A stretch of 64,000 bases of DNA, from NCBI GenBank assembly GCA_963662615.2, contig CAXXSR010000001.1:1696001-1760000 (forward strand), given 5' to 3'. The notes beneath the pieces are model-generated. The model ran no database searches, was not told the origin of the DNA, and worked only from the letters and a program-made list of their open reading frames with translations. The stretch's first letter is position 1; every line of letters begins with the position of its first letter. The translations under genes were made by a program, and so were the position numbers. This document shows positions 9,991-19,428 of the stretch, piece by piece. Origin of the DNA: Dehalococcoidia bacterium. GTDB taxonomy: Bacteria > Chloroflexota > Dehalococcoidia > Bin125.

Positions 9991-11357
9991 TGGTCGTTCC
10001 CTCTCGCCGGCGCGCTATCTACGGCCTGGCGCTGATTCTTTCGCTCGGTGCGCTGCTGGCGGGGGCGTGCGGTGGCAGTGGCGGTGGCAGGGGCGATGTC
10101 GAGCCGGCTCAAGAGCCAGCAGCCGTCGCGGCGCGGCCGGAGGTGGACGAGCAGGCAGCCGCTGACGAACAAGCGGCAGAGCCCGCGCCCGCCCCAGCCG
10201 ACAACGACACCCTGGACATGGGGGCGCCCGGCCCGGATTCGGCGGAACTCTCCATGGGCGAGGCGGCGCTGGGAGGCCAATCGATCACGCGGGCGATCGC
10301 GCGGGACCTCCTGGCCTCCGTCCCGGCAGAGGGGGCCGCCTGGGTGGCATACGCCATTGAGATGGCCCCCGGGGTGTCGGTCACCGTCGAGCATGAAGCC
10401 GCGTTCCTGTACGCAGTCGAGGGCACGGTGCAGGTCGAGACGGGCGGGATCGAGCAGTCGCTCCAGACCGCTGCCGGGACATTCATCCAAGAAGGCGAGT
10501 CGGCGCGAGTCACCGCGGGGCCCGCGGGCGCCGTCATTTGGGATATCCGCTTGGCGCCGGCGGACGGGCAGGCTCCAACCCCGGACGCAAGGCTCGTATT
10601 TGTGAGTGAGCCCTTGCACGACATCCCGCCCGCACCGCTCGTCATCCTCGCCGAGGTGATCGTCCCGAGCGGCGGACTCACGGTTGTCCACACGCACCCA
10701 GGCCCGGAGTTCATCTACGTCACGAGCGGCGTGATCGACTATCAGAACGCCAACAAGCTGTCGGAGGGCGTTGGCGTCGGCACCGCCGAGACGATCGGTG
10801 CGAACGTCGCGGTGCAGAAGCGCAATCCGTACCCGCAAGAGGCCGCCTTCCTCTCGCTCTTCCTTCTCGACGCGGCGCAGGAGTTCGCAACGCCCGCCCG
10901 ATTTGGCGATGCGGATGCGGACGCAGCCGGGGAGCGCAACCTGGCCGCGGCCGCCGAGGGCGCGCGTATCTCTGGCGTCAGCTCCAACTTTGGCGGCGGC
11001 ACGAACGACGCCGTTTGGGGAGCCGCCAGCGCCATTGACGGCGACGCGAGCACGCAGTGGTCGTCCGACGGAGACGGCAACGACGCTTGGATCGAAATTG
11101 AGCTGCCGGTCCGCACCCGTGTAAGGCGCATCGGCTTCTGGACACGCACGATGCAGGCAAGCGCGCAGATCCGCACGTTTCAGATCGTGACGGACGAAGG
11201 GGAGACCGTCGGACCCTTCACGCTCAGGGGCCCGGCGGCCATTGAATACTTCGACACCGACTTCACCGCGACGCGATTCCGGTTCGAAGCGGTCGGGTCG
11301 TCGGGCGGCAATACGGGCGCGGTCGAGGTGGAGGTATACGGAGCCGGGGCCCCCTGA
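9987..11357 (+). CDS. Lipoprotein with tandem cupin domains and a C-terminal F5/8 type C (discoidin)-like domain
   Basis: Lipobox LAGAC, cupin motif HTHPGPEFIYV, then NLAAAAEGARI..AIDGDASTQWSS..WIEIEL..NTGAVEVEVYG. Confidence 0.75.
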   Translation: MMVVPSRRRAIYGLALILSLGALLAGACGGSGGGRGDVEPAQEPAAVAARPEVDEQAAADEQAAEPAPAPADNDTLDMGAPGPDSAELSMGEAALGGQSITRAIARDLLASVPAEGAAWVAYAIEMAPGVSVTVEHEAAFLYAVEGTVQVETGGIEQSLQTAAGTFIQEGESARVTAGPAGAVIWDIRLAPADGQAPTPDARLVFVSEPLHDIPPAPLVILAEVIVPSGGLTVVHTHPGPEFIYVTSGVIDYQNANKLSEGVGVGTAETIGANVAVQKRNPYPQEAAFLSLFLLDAAQEFATPARFGDADADAAGERNLAAAAEGARISGVSSNFGGGTNDAVWGAASAIDGDASTQWSSDGDGNDAWIEIELPVRTRVRRIGFWTRTMQASAQIRTFQIVTDEGETVGPFTLRGPAAIEYFDTDFTATRFRFEAVGSSGGNTGAVEVEVYGAGAP

Positions 11358-11607
11358 GGTCGGAGGATCGGCATGGGGATGTCGACCGCATATGGAAGCG
11401 CCCTCTTTCCCGGCCGAGCACTGGACTCCTGGAGATCCAGGTCACCGCGCTAACGCGCGACTGGCTCTTGACCGTATTCCCTGATCTTCCCGCTCTTCCG
11501 CGCCGTTGAGGTTCCCGGTCATCCTGCGAGTTCGCCGCCCCGTTCCGGATAGACGCCGCAACGGTGTTATTGCGACACTCGCTCCTGGAGCGACCGAAAG
11601 AGGCGCC

Positions 11608-12678
11608 ATGGGCAGCGTACGCAGCCATCCCCTCGACCCTCGCTGGCAAGCCGTCCTCGCCCGCGACCCCGCCGCCGACGGCGCCTTCGTCTACGCCGTC
11701 CGGTCCACCGGAATCTACTGTCGCCCCACTTGCCCCAGCCGGCGCCCCTCCCCTGGGCAGGTCGCCTTCTACCCCAGCCCGGACGCCGCGCGGGCCGCCG
11801 ACTTCCGCCCCTGCAAGCGCTGCCGTCCCGACGACGCCACCCCCTCGGACCTCGATCGGGTTCGGCGAGCGTGTCGTCTCCTCCACGCCGCGGGCGACTC
11901 GTCCCCTACGCTCCCTGCCCTTGCCACGGCGGTGGGCACGTCGCCCCGCCGCCTCCGGCGCGCCTTCATCCGCCTGCTCGGTGTCACGCCCCGGCAGTAC
12001 GGACAGGCGTTGCGCCTCAGTCGGTTCAAAGCGCTCAGCAATGGCGCTCGGGCCACCGTCACCGACTCGCTCTATGCCGCCGGCTACTCCTCACCGTCGC
12101 GCCTCTACGAGATCGCCAGCGGCGCGCTGGGCATGACGCCCGACGCCTACCGTCGCGGCGCCCCGGGGCTCACCATCCGCTACACCACCGCGCGATCTCC
12201 CGTGGGCAGGGTGCTCCTGGCCGCCACGGACCGTGGCATCTGCGCGCTCTCCCTTGGTGACCACACCGCTCCCGCACCCCTGCTCGACGAGCTGCGGCGC
12301 GAGTTCCCCCGCGCCCACATCGAGTCGGACAACGGCACCCTCACTCCTTGGCTTCACCTCGTCCTGCGCCATCTGGAGGGGAAGGCGCCGGCGCTTGAGC
12401 TTCCTCTCCACATCCGCGCCACCGCCTTCCAGCGCCTGGTTTGGCAGGAGCTGCAGCGCATTCCCCGTGGGGGGACGCGGAGCTATACGCAGATCGCCGC
12501 CGCCCTGGGCCGGCCGCAATCGGCTCGCGCCGTGGGCCGCGCCTGCGCGACCAACCCCGTCTCACTCGCCATCCCGTGCCATCGTGCCGTTCGTGCCGAC
12601 GGCGATCTGGCCGGCTACCGATGGGGCCTCCCCCGCAAGCGATCCCTTCTCCGTCGCGAAGCCCGAGAAGCCGAGTAG
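11608..12678 (+). CDS. ada: Bifunctional Ada regulator / O6-methylguanine-DNA methyltransferase
   Basis: STGIYCRPTCPSR and RPCKRC Zn site, AraC HTH, PCHR active site. Confidence 0.95.
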   Translation: MGSVRSHPLDPRWQAVLARDPAADGAFVYAVRSTGIYCRPTCPSRRPSPGQVAFYPSPDAARAADFRPCKRCRPDDATPSDLDRVRRACRLLHAAGDSSPTLPALATAVGTSPRRLRRAFIRLLGVTPRQYGQALRLSRFKALSNGARATVTDSLYAAGYSSPSRLYEIASGALGMTPDAYRRGAPGLTIRYTTARSPVGRVLLAATDRGICALSLGDHTAPAPLLDELRREFPRAHIESDNGTLTPWLHLVLRHLEGKAPALELPLHIRATAFQRLVWQELQRIPRGGTRSYTQIAAALGRPQSARAVGRACATNPVSLAIPCHRAVRADGDLAGYRWGLPRKRSLLRREAREAE

Positions 12679-12820
12679 CGCCCTCCGATCGTAGGCTGCT
12701 GCCGCAGGCGATCCACTCCCCGGCGCCGCACGAGATCGAGGATGAACTCTGCGGCCACAAGACGTCTTTCTATCCACGAGAAGGGAGGCGTGGCTCAGCA
12801 CCAGCCGCGAGGCGAGCTTT

Positions 12821-12900
12821 CGCTCACGGGGCGCTGCGACGTCGCTTCGCGTCGAAGGCGCAGCGTGCCGCGCTCGCGCAGGAACAGCGCCCCGTGAGCG
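12821..12900. repeat. Perfect 16-bp inverted repeat between the convergent ada and methionine synthase genes
   Basis: CGCTCACGGGGCGCTG (12821-12836) / CAGCGCCCCGTGAGCG (12885-12900). Confidence 0.8.
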
Positions 12901-12957
12901 GCTTGAGCTGGGAATCAGGCTCCGTCACACGCGAGCGCTTGGAGTCGCGAGGGCGCC

Positions 12958-13983
12958 TCAGGGCGAGCCAATCTCTTCGCGCACGAGAGCCGCGCCGTCA
13001 ACCAGCGCCCGGAGCTTGCCGCGGGCTACGTGGCGCGCAAGCGGCACCATCCCGCAGTTCGTGCAGGGGATAATCCGCTCGGCGGGCACATAGGCCATGG
13101 CCTCACGGATATTCTCTGCCACTTGCGTGGGCGTCTCGATCTCGTTGCTAGCCACATCGATCACGCCCAGCATGACATCCTTGCCTTTCAACAGCTCCAG
13201 CAGCGGCAATGGAACTCTGGAGCCCGCGCACTCGACGGATACCTGGTCAATTTGGCTCTTGGCGAGAAGGGGGAAGGTTCGCTCATACTGGCGCCACTCC
13301 TGTCCGAGTGTCCCTTTCCAAGCGATGTTCTCCTCGATCCCATAGCCGTAGCAGATGTGAACCGCAGTCAAGCAGCGAATGCCTTCGAGAGCCCGGTGCA
13401 AGGCGTCGATCCCCCAGTCCGCCACATCATCCAAGTAGACGTTAAATGCGGGTTCATCAAGTTGAATGACGTCCACGCCAAGGGCCTCTAATTCGTGCGC
13501 CTCGTCATTAATAAGGCGAGCGAACTCCATGGCGAGACGGGGGCGGTCGCGGTAATACTCGTCGGCGACAGTGTCCACGATGGTCATGGGGCCGGGGATG
13601 GTGAACTTCAGCTTTTTGGCGGTCTGGGCACGGGTAAACCGGACCTCGTCGGCGTGAACCGGCGATGGACGCGCAATTGGCCCCACCACGGTGGGGCAGT
13701 CGGCTTCATAGCGGTCGTCCCGGATGCCGATGCGCTGGCGTTTGGCGAAATCTACGCCGTCGATGTGCTCCACGAAGCCATGGACGAAGTGCTGGCGGAA
13801 CTGTTCGCCGTTGCTCACGATGTCGATGCCAACCGTCTCTTGCTCCTTGAGCGCAATCAGCGCGGCATCCCGCTTGGCCTGCTCAAGCGCCTCACCGGAG
13901 TGCCACCACGGCGCCCAAAGCTTCTCCGGATCTGCGAGCCAGGCCGGCTTGGGAAGACTTCCCGCGATTGTGGTTGGCAACAT
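12958..13983 (-). CDS. Core cobalamin-independent methionine synthase (MetE C-terminal domain only, MesD-like)
   Basis: TTIAGSLPKPAWL, GEQFRQHFV, QLDEPAFN, AVHICYGYG and PCTNCGM Zn ligands. About 341 aa with no N-terminal folate barrel. Confidence 0.85.
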   Translation of the reverse strand: MLPTTIAGSLPKPAWLADPEKLWAPWWHSGEALEQAKRDAALIALKEQETVGIDIVSNGEQFRQHFVHGFVEHIDGVDFAKRQRIGIRDDRYEADCPTVVGPIARPSPVHADEVRFTRAQTAKKLKFTIPGPMTIVDTVADEYYRDRPRLAMEFARLINDEAHELEALGVDVIQLDEPAFNVYLDDVADWGIDALHRALEGIRCLTAVHICYGYGIEENIAWKGTLGQEWRQYERTFPLLAKSQIDQVSVECAGSRVPLPLLELLKGKDVMLGVIDVASNEIETPTQVAENIREAMAYVPAERIIPCTNCGMVPLARHVARGKLRALVDGAALVREEIGSP

Positions 13984-14536
13984 GCTGGTCTTCTCCATCA
14001 ATCAGAACGCCCAGACGGCACCGCCGCGGCGGGGGCGAGTCGCTCCTGACGTTGGTGACGTTCGCACCCGTCAGCCTCAGATCGGTTCCACGCCCGTCTC
14101 CATTTTAATCCATGGCCTGCGTCAGCCGAGACGTTCCGGCGCTCCGGCTATCCAGAGGCGAATGCTCTATCGGGCAGCCCTGTTCGACATTCAGCCGATC
14201 ACGCCGATCGACGCCTCAGACCGCCCGGGACCTCCAGCAGTATCGGACGGCGAGTGCATCGAGCGCCGGCGTTCGGCTGGGTTGCCAAGTGGATCGCATT
14301 GTGTTATGTAAAGGACTCTCGCAAGGGTTGCGCCTAGCGGCGTAGTGTAGCAGCGGTTCGGGACCGCGCCAAAGAACGAGGCGAAGGATCAGCTGAGGTC
14401 CGTCCCCGGCCGGGCCGATGGGAGGGCCGGTTCAGAACAGCATCAACGAGGAGGGCGAATAGACGAAGAGTTTGCCCGACAGATCACGCGGAACCACGTG
14501 GTGACAGACAGCAAGGAAGAGAGAAGGAGGCCGAAC

Positions 14537-16000
14537 ATGGAGCGACGTTTTTGGCGAGTGAGGAGGCTATCGGTTTTCGCCCTCCTCGCACTGATCGCCT
14601 TGGCCATGGCCCTGGCCGCGGCCTGCGGGGATGACGATGACGACGGGGCCCAGCCCGCGGCCGCCGCCGCGCCGGCCGCCCAGCCGGAGCCCGCGCCGGC
14701 CGCCCAGGTGGAGCCCGCACCGGCCGGCGAGCCGGCGCCCGCGGCGGCCGCCCAGAAGACGGCCACGCTTCGGGTCGGCGCGATCATGCCGCTGACCGGC
14801 GGTGGCCTGGCCTTCTACGGGCTCTCCGAAATGACCGGGCTCCGCATGGCCGTTGATATGATCAACACGGGTGAGGCCCGCTGCGTGGCGTCGGGAATCT
14901 GCGAGCCCGGCGGCGGATTCCTCGTTGGCGACACCGTGTACAGCATTGAGCTGGTGGAGCGCGACAACCGTTCCGACCTCAACCTCGCCGTCACCGCCAC
15001 GGCGGAGCTAATTCGGGACGAAGGGCTGAAGGTCATCTTCGGTCCGATCCCGCATGGCGAGGGGCTGGCGGCGCAGGAGATCAGCCAGCCGGCGGAGGTG
15101 CTGCACCTGATGTCGCTGAGCATCCTCAGCTCGCCGGATGGGGTCCTGACGCCGGAGTCGGCCCAGGGCGACAAGAAGTGGCTCTTCCAGACGGAGCCGG
15201 CCGAGGCCGTCCGCAGCACCATCACGGCCGCGGGCGTCCTCGATCTGCTGGGCGCGCAGCCCGGCGACCTGTCCATGGTCTTTGCGACCGACGACCCGTC
15301 CGGGGTGTTCCTGGGCGAGTTCTACAACGACGTCCTGGAGGCGTTGGGGCAAGAGACCAAAGAGGTGATCTACTACCCGCCGGCGATGACCGACTTCTCG
15401 GCGTTGCTGACGCGGATCAAGGCTGACGAGCCCGACTTCTTGCACGTCTGGTACATCGCGGCGATCTCGGCCTTGATCATGCCCCAGGCGCTCGACCTGG
15501 AGGTGGCGACTAAGGGCTACATGGTCATCGGCCCCGACCCCGGCTGGTGGGCCGAGAACCTCGGCATCGACAACGAGATCCCGGTGGCCCTCGCCTGCAT
15601 CAACGTCTGCCGCGACATACCGACTGGTTTCGACAAGGCGGTGGCGACGGGGTACATGTCCGCCATAGACGAGTGGGAGTGCGGCGGCCGGTGTGACCCG
15701 TACGGCATTACCGACATCTCGCTGTGGACGCACGATTACGTCTTCATGATGGCGAAGGCGATGCAGGTCGCGGGGACGGTGGACGACACCACCGCGATCG
15801 CCAACGCGCTGGAAGTGATTGAGTACGACGGCGTGCTGGGGCCGCTCAGTTTCGACGAGTACCACCGCGTCGCGCACGGCTACGACACCTGCCTGGTCGG
15901 AGGTGGCGAGATCACCTGCGCGCACTACAGCAACGCGGAGTACGGCCCGGACGCGCTGGGCGTGAACTACGACGCGGCGGGAGCCATCGTCTTGGACTAA
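14537..16000 (+). CDS. Liv-type (Peripla_BP_6) ABC substrate-binding lipoprotein, paralog 1, orphan
   Basis: AAGGAGG RBS, lipobox LAAAC, LRVGAIMPLTG, TDFSALLTRIKA, YDGVLGPLSFD. Confidence 0.9.
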   Translation: MERRFWRVRRLSVFALLALIALAMALAAACGDDDDDGAQPAAAAAPAAQPEPAPAAQVEPAPAGEPAPAAAAQKTATLRVGAIMPLTGGGLAFYGLSEMTGLRMAVDMINTGEARCVASGICEPGGGFLVGDTVYSIELVERDNRSDLNLAVTATAELIRDEGLKVIFGPIPHGEGLAAQEISQPAEVLHLMSLSILSSPDGVLTPESAQGDKKWLFQTEPAEAVRSTITAAGVLDLLGAQPGDLSMVFATDDPSGVFLGEFYNDVLEALGQETKEVIYYPPAMTDFSALLTRIKADEPDFLHVWYIAAISALIMPQALDLEVATKGYMVIGPDPGWWAENLGIDNEIPVALACINVCRDIPTGFDKAVATGYMSAIDEWECGGRCDPYGITDISLWTHDYVFMMAKAMQVAGTVDDTTAIANALEVIEYDGVLGPLSFDEYHRVAHGYDTCLVGGGEITCAHYSNAEYGPDALGVNYDAAGAIVLD

Positions 16001-16052
16001 ACCCCGTGCGCTGCCGGCTGTTCACCGGAGCGCTCACCGCAAATCCGCTGCG

Positions 16053-16091
16053 GTCGCCCAGCGCCCGTCATCCCGACGGGCGCTGGGCGAC
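16053..16091. terminator. 17-bp perfect hairpin downstream of SBP paralog 1
   Basis: GTCGCCCAGCGCCCGTC-ATCCC-GACGGGCGCTGGGCGAC with no U-tract. Confidence 0.6.
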
Positions 16092-16251
16092 TCTCATTCT
16101 CCCGGCCCATTCGGCAAGGTTGCGACCGTCGGTTCAGCCGACATGACCACGGTCTTGTCCCCGGCGTGCCGCCAGGCAATTTCGTTGGGCCCCCAGAGTC
16201 GCCGCAGAATTGCCTGCTTCGCGAAACGAGTGAAGGAGCGAGAGGCCCCGT

Positions 16252-17073
16252 CTAGGGCGGTGCGATGCGGAAGATCGTGGTGTGACGGATCTGTGCCAAC
16301 TCGCAGCCGTCCTCGCCGACGATGAGCGCGTCGAAGACGATCAGGTGGTGGCCCTTGCGCTCGTACGCGGTCACCACGCGCGCACCCGTGGTGACGGCCT
16401 GGCCGGCGGCGGCCGGCGCCAGGAACTGCACCCGGCTCTCCGTGTGGATCGAATGGGGCAGGGTGTGGTTGTGGCGCATGACCGCCTCGCAGCGGTCGGC
16501 GATCCAGGCGGGGTGCAGGCGCGGACGGGCGCTGGTAAACCGCGCATCCTCACCACGCAGCCGCTGCCGGACGAACCGGGCCGCCGCCGTCGGCGTGACC
16601 ACCTCCCGCTGCGCCGCCCAGTCCCGCCCGACCGGCGCGTCTGCCAGCGCCAGCGGCGCCGGTACGGGGGTGGACGGCGCCAGGGGCGTCGCCGGGCGGG
16701 TGAGCTCCCCGAGCCAGGGGGCGTCGCCCAAGCCAAGCCGGCTCACCACGCAGTCCACGCCGTCTTGGTTCGTCATGCGCAGATCGAACGCGCCGGCCTC
16801 GGCCGCGGCGACGCCCACCGCGAGCCGGTCGCCGGGATAGGTTGGCTGACGGAAGCGCACCGTCGCCCAACCCCGGTCGAGCCAGGCGGCGCCGAGCGCA
16901 GCGAGCACCGCCGGCACGCTCCAGCCCCACACCACCACGCCGGCAACGATCGGACCCCGGAATCCGTACTGCCTGGCCACGGCCGTGGAGTGGATCGGAT
17001 TGTCAATGGTGGGGCTGTCCTCGTTATCCAGAAACGCCTCGACGGTGTCGGTCGCGATGGAGCCGGCGGCCAT
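16252..17073 (-). CDS. Double hot-dog (MaoC-like) dehydratase family protein
   Basis: DNPIHSTAVARQYGFRGPIVAG, VRFRQPTYPGD, second hot-dog domain IHTESRVQFLAPA...YERKGH. Confidence 0.8.
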   Translation of the reverse strand: MAAGSIATDTVEAFLDNEDSPTIDNPIHSTAVARQYGFRGPIVAGVVVWGWSVPAVLAALGAAWLDRGWATVRFRQPTYPGDRLAVGVAAAEAGAFDLRMTNQDGVDCVVSRLGLGDAPWLGELTRPATPLAPSTPVPAPLALADAPVGRDWAAQREVVTPTAAARFVRQRLRGEDARFTSARPRLHPAWIADRCEAVMRHNHTLPHSIHTESRVQFLAPAAAGQAVTTGARVVTAYERKGHHLIVFDALIVGEDGCELAQIRHTTIFRIAPP

Positions 17074-17315
17074 GGGCTGCTCCTTCCTGCCGTGGCACGC
17101 CCCGCTTCGGATGGCGCGCGGCGGCCCCACGATGGTAACCGGCCACCTCCGCCGGCGTCGGTTGCCGCAGCGGCGGGGCGGCCGGCTCCCCCCATGTTGC
17201 ATGGGGAACGCCATGGGGCATTCATCGAACGGTCCCCGGCGCATCGATAGCCGTCGGATGTCCCGAGCGACGAACCGTTAGCATCCAGGCGCATTCGGTC
17301 AGAGGAGGCGAAATC

Positions 17316-18155
17316 GTGCGACTCGAGGGTGTGACCGCGATCATCACGGGGGCAGCCAGCGGCTTCGGCCGCGCCACGGCAGAGCGCTTCGCCCAGGAAG
17401 GTGCGGACGTGGTCGTCGCTGATATCAACGAAGCAGGAGTGCAGGCGACCGCCCAGCGAGTCGTGGATTTGGGTCGCCGTGCCCTTGCCGTTCCCTGCGA
17501 CGTGACTGACCGCGCCAGCGTCCAGCGGCTCGTTGACGACACCGTTTCGGAGTTCGGCAAGCTCGATGTGATGTTCGCCAATGCCGGGATCGTCGAGTCG
17601 ATTCCCTTCCTGGAGATGACGGACGTGGCTTGGGAGACGGTGATGTCCGTAAATCTCGGTGGCGTCTTCCTCTGCGACCAGATCGCCGCTCGTCAAATGG
17701 TCACCCAGGGAAGCGGCGGCGCCATCGTCAACACCTCCAGCCAGCTAGCGGAGTGCGGGGCCCCCATGGCCTCTGCCTATGGCGCCAGCAAGGCCGCGGT
17801 CAAGAACCTCACCAAGTCGGCTGCGATCGCTCTGGCGCCGCACCGCATTCGCGTGAACGCGATTCAACCAGGGCCCATCACCACGAACCTCACCGCTGCC
17901 AGGTATCAGAATCCGCATATCAAAGCGCACGCATTCCAATTCGTCCGCACGCGGCGCCCGGGCGAGGCACGGGACGTCGCCAATGCCGCACTCTTTCTCG
18001 CCTCCGATGAAAGCGGATGGGTGACCGGGCAGTCCATCGTCGTCGACGGCGGCTGGCTACTCAACGCGACCGACGGCACGCCCGAATTTCAGGCCGCCAT
18101 CAGCAAGTACTCCGCGAAGCTCATGGAGGACTGGACCGTCGGCGGCCGGGCCTGA
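17316..18155 (+). CDS. SDR family oxidoreductase (FabG-like)
   Basis: TGAASGFG, NAGI, YGASK, VTGQSIVVDGG. GAGGAGG RBS. Confidence 0.93.
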   Translation: MRLEGVTAIITGAASGFGRATAERFAQEGADVVVADINEAGVQATAQRVVDLGRRALAVPCDVTDRASVQRLVDDTVSEFGKLDVMFANAGIVESIPFLEMTDVAWETVMSVNLGGVFLCDQIAARQMVTQGSGGAIVNTSSQLAECGAPMASAYGASKAAVKNLTKSAAIALAPHRIRVNAIQPGPITTNLTAARYQNPHIKAHAFQFVRTRRPGEARDVANAALFLASDESGWVTGQSIVVDGGWLLNATDGTPEFQAAISKYSAKLMEDWTVGGRA

Positions 18156-18280
18156 AGCCTGAACCGGCAGCGTCTCGGCTCCAGGGACCGCGCGTCCCAC
18201 GACCCAGCACGATACGATCCGCTGGCAGAGCAGGCCCGGGCTCACTGTCGGACGGTCCTGCCCGGGAAAGAGTGGCGCTG

Positions 18281-19006
18281 ATGGGAACCGAGCGACCTGC
18301 CCCGAAGGTCGGTATCCAGCAATCCTCCGCCACATTCGGGATGGATCTCTTCGCGTTCCTGAACGAACTCCAAGCCAACAACAACCGACCGTGGTTCAAC
18401 GCGAACAAAGAGCGCTACGCGGCGAGCGTACGCGCGCCGGCGCTGGAGTTCATTCGCAACATGGTGCCCAGGATCCGCAGGGTCAGCAAGCATTTGACGG
18501 CCGATGATCGAGGGGTCGGCGGTTCGCTCATGCGCGTACACCGCGACATCCGTTTCTCCCCGGACAAGACGCCGTACAAGACCAACGTCGGGATCCAATT
18601 CCGACACAGCGCCGGCCGCGACGTTCACGCACCGGGGCTGTACGTGCACATCGAGCCGGATGACGTGTTCGTCGCGATGGGGATGTGGCGCCCGGAGCCC
18701 GCCGCCCAGCGGCGCATCCGCGCCAAGCTCCACACGGAACAGGGACGCTGGCGGCGCCTTATCAACGCCAAGCGATTTCGGGAACATTTCACGCTCGCAG
18801 GTGGAACGCTGAAGACAGCGCCACGCGGCTATCGAGCCGATCATCCGCTTATCGAGGATCTCCGTCGCACCGACTATCTCGCCATCGCCGACCTCAGTCC
18901 GGCAGCGGTCGTCAGCAGCGAATTCGAAGAGGTCGTAGCGACCCATCTCAGGACCGGAGCCGTGTTCATGCGCTTCCTCTGCGAGGCCGTGGGCCACCCT
19001 TTCTAA
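18281..19006 (+). CDS. DUF2461 (TIGR02453) family protein
   Basis: LQANNNRPWFNANK, RVHRDIRFSPDKTPYKT, LKTAPRGY..DHP. Start may be 18341. Confidence 0.88.
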   Translation: MGTERPAPKVGIQQSSATFGMDLFAFLNELQANNNRPWFNANKERYAASVRAPALEFIRNMVPRIRRVSKHLTADDRGVGGSLMRVHRDIRFSPDKTPYKTNVGIQFRHSAGRDVHAPGLYVHIEPDDVFVAMGMWRPEPAAQRRIRAKLHTEQGRWRRLINAKRFREHFTLAGGTLKTAPRGYRADHPLIEDLRRTDYLAIADLSPAAVVSSEFEEVVATHLRTGAVFMRFLCEAVGHPF

Positions 19007-19167
19007 CCAAGAGCAGGGTCAGATCTCCGCTGATCTGGAATTCCAACTGTCCGCATTGCGGTCGATGGGAGTGGTGTGTGCGTCCCCATGCCGCCACGGC
19101 GCATACGAGCGGTTAGTCCGCGCGTCGCCCCCCGAATCGGCTCTCCCTTGTCAGCGCCACCCCGCGC

Positions 19168-19428
19168 TCACGAGGCGCGCGAATTTCCTTCTCCGGCGAA
19201 GAATCCCGCATCCCGCCACGACGCGATGCCCCCGTCAAGATTGATCAACGCCTCGAAGCCTGTGCGCTCCAGCAACGACACCGCCGTTGCCGTGCGCTGG
19301 CCGCGGGCGCAATAGATGACGAGCGGACGGTCTCGAGGCAGACGGTCGTGCCGTGCCGGAAGCTGCCCCAGCGGCAGCAGGATTGCGCCGGCAATGCGGC
19401 CGGATGCGAACTCATCTGGCTCACGCAC
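19168..19428 (-). CDS. Rhodanese-like domain, short at the N-terminus and overlapping the MFS gene end
   Basis: IDVREPDEFASGRIAGA, active loop YCARGQRT, NLDGGIASW. Confidence 0.75.
   Translation of the reverse strand: MREPDEFASGRIAGAILLPLGQLPARHDRLPRDRPLVIYCARGQRTATAVSLLERTGFEALINLDGGIASWRDAGFFAGEGNSRAS

Noticed and set aside
14146-14200. CTATCCAGAG resembling the start of a SAM-I riboswitch near the methionine synthase
   Set aside because: It is on the wrong strand for that gene and the remaining SAM-I core is absent.
14640-14760. Repeated GCGCCGGCCGCCCAG units (also near 39530-39600) as a CRISPR-like array
   Set aside because: They are coding Pro/Ala linker repeats without unique spacers or cas genes.
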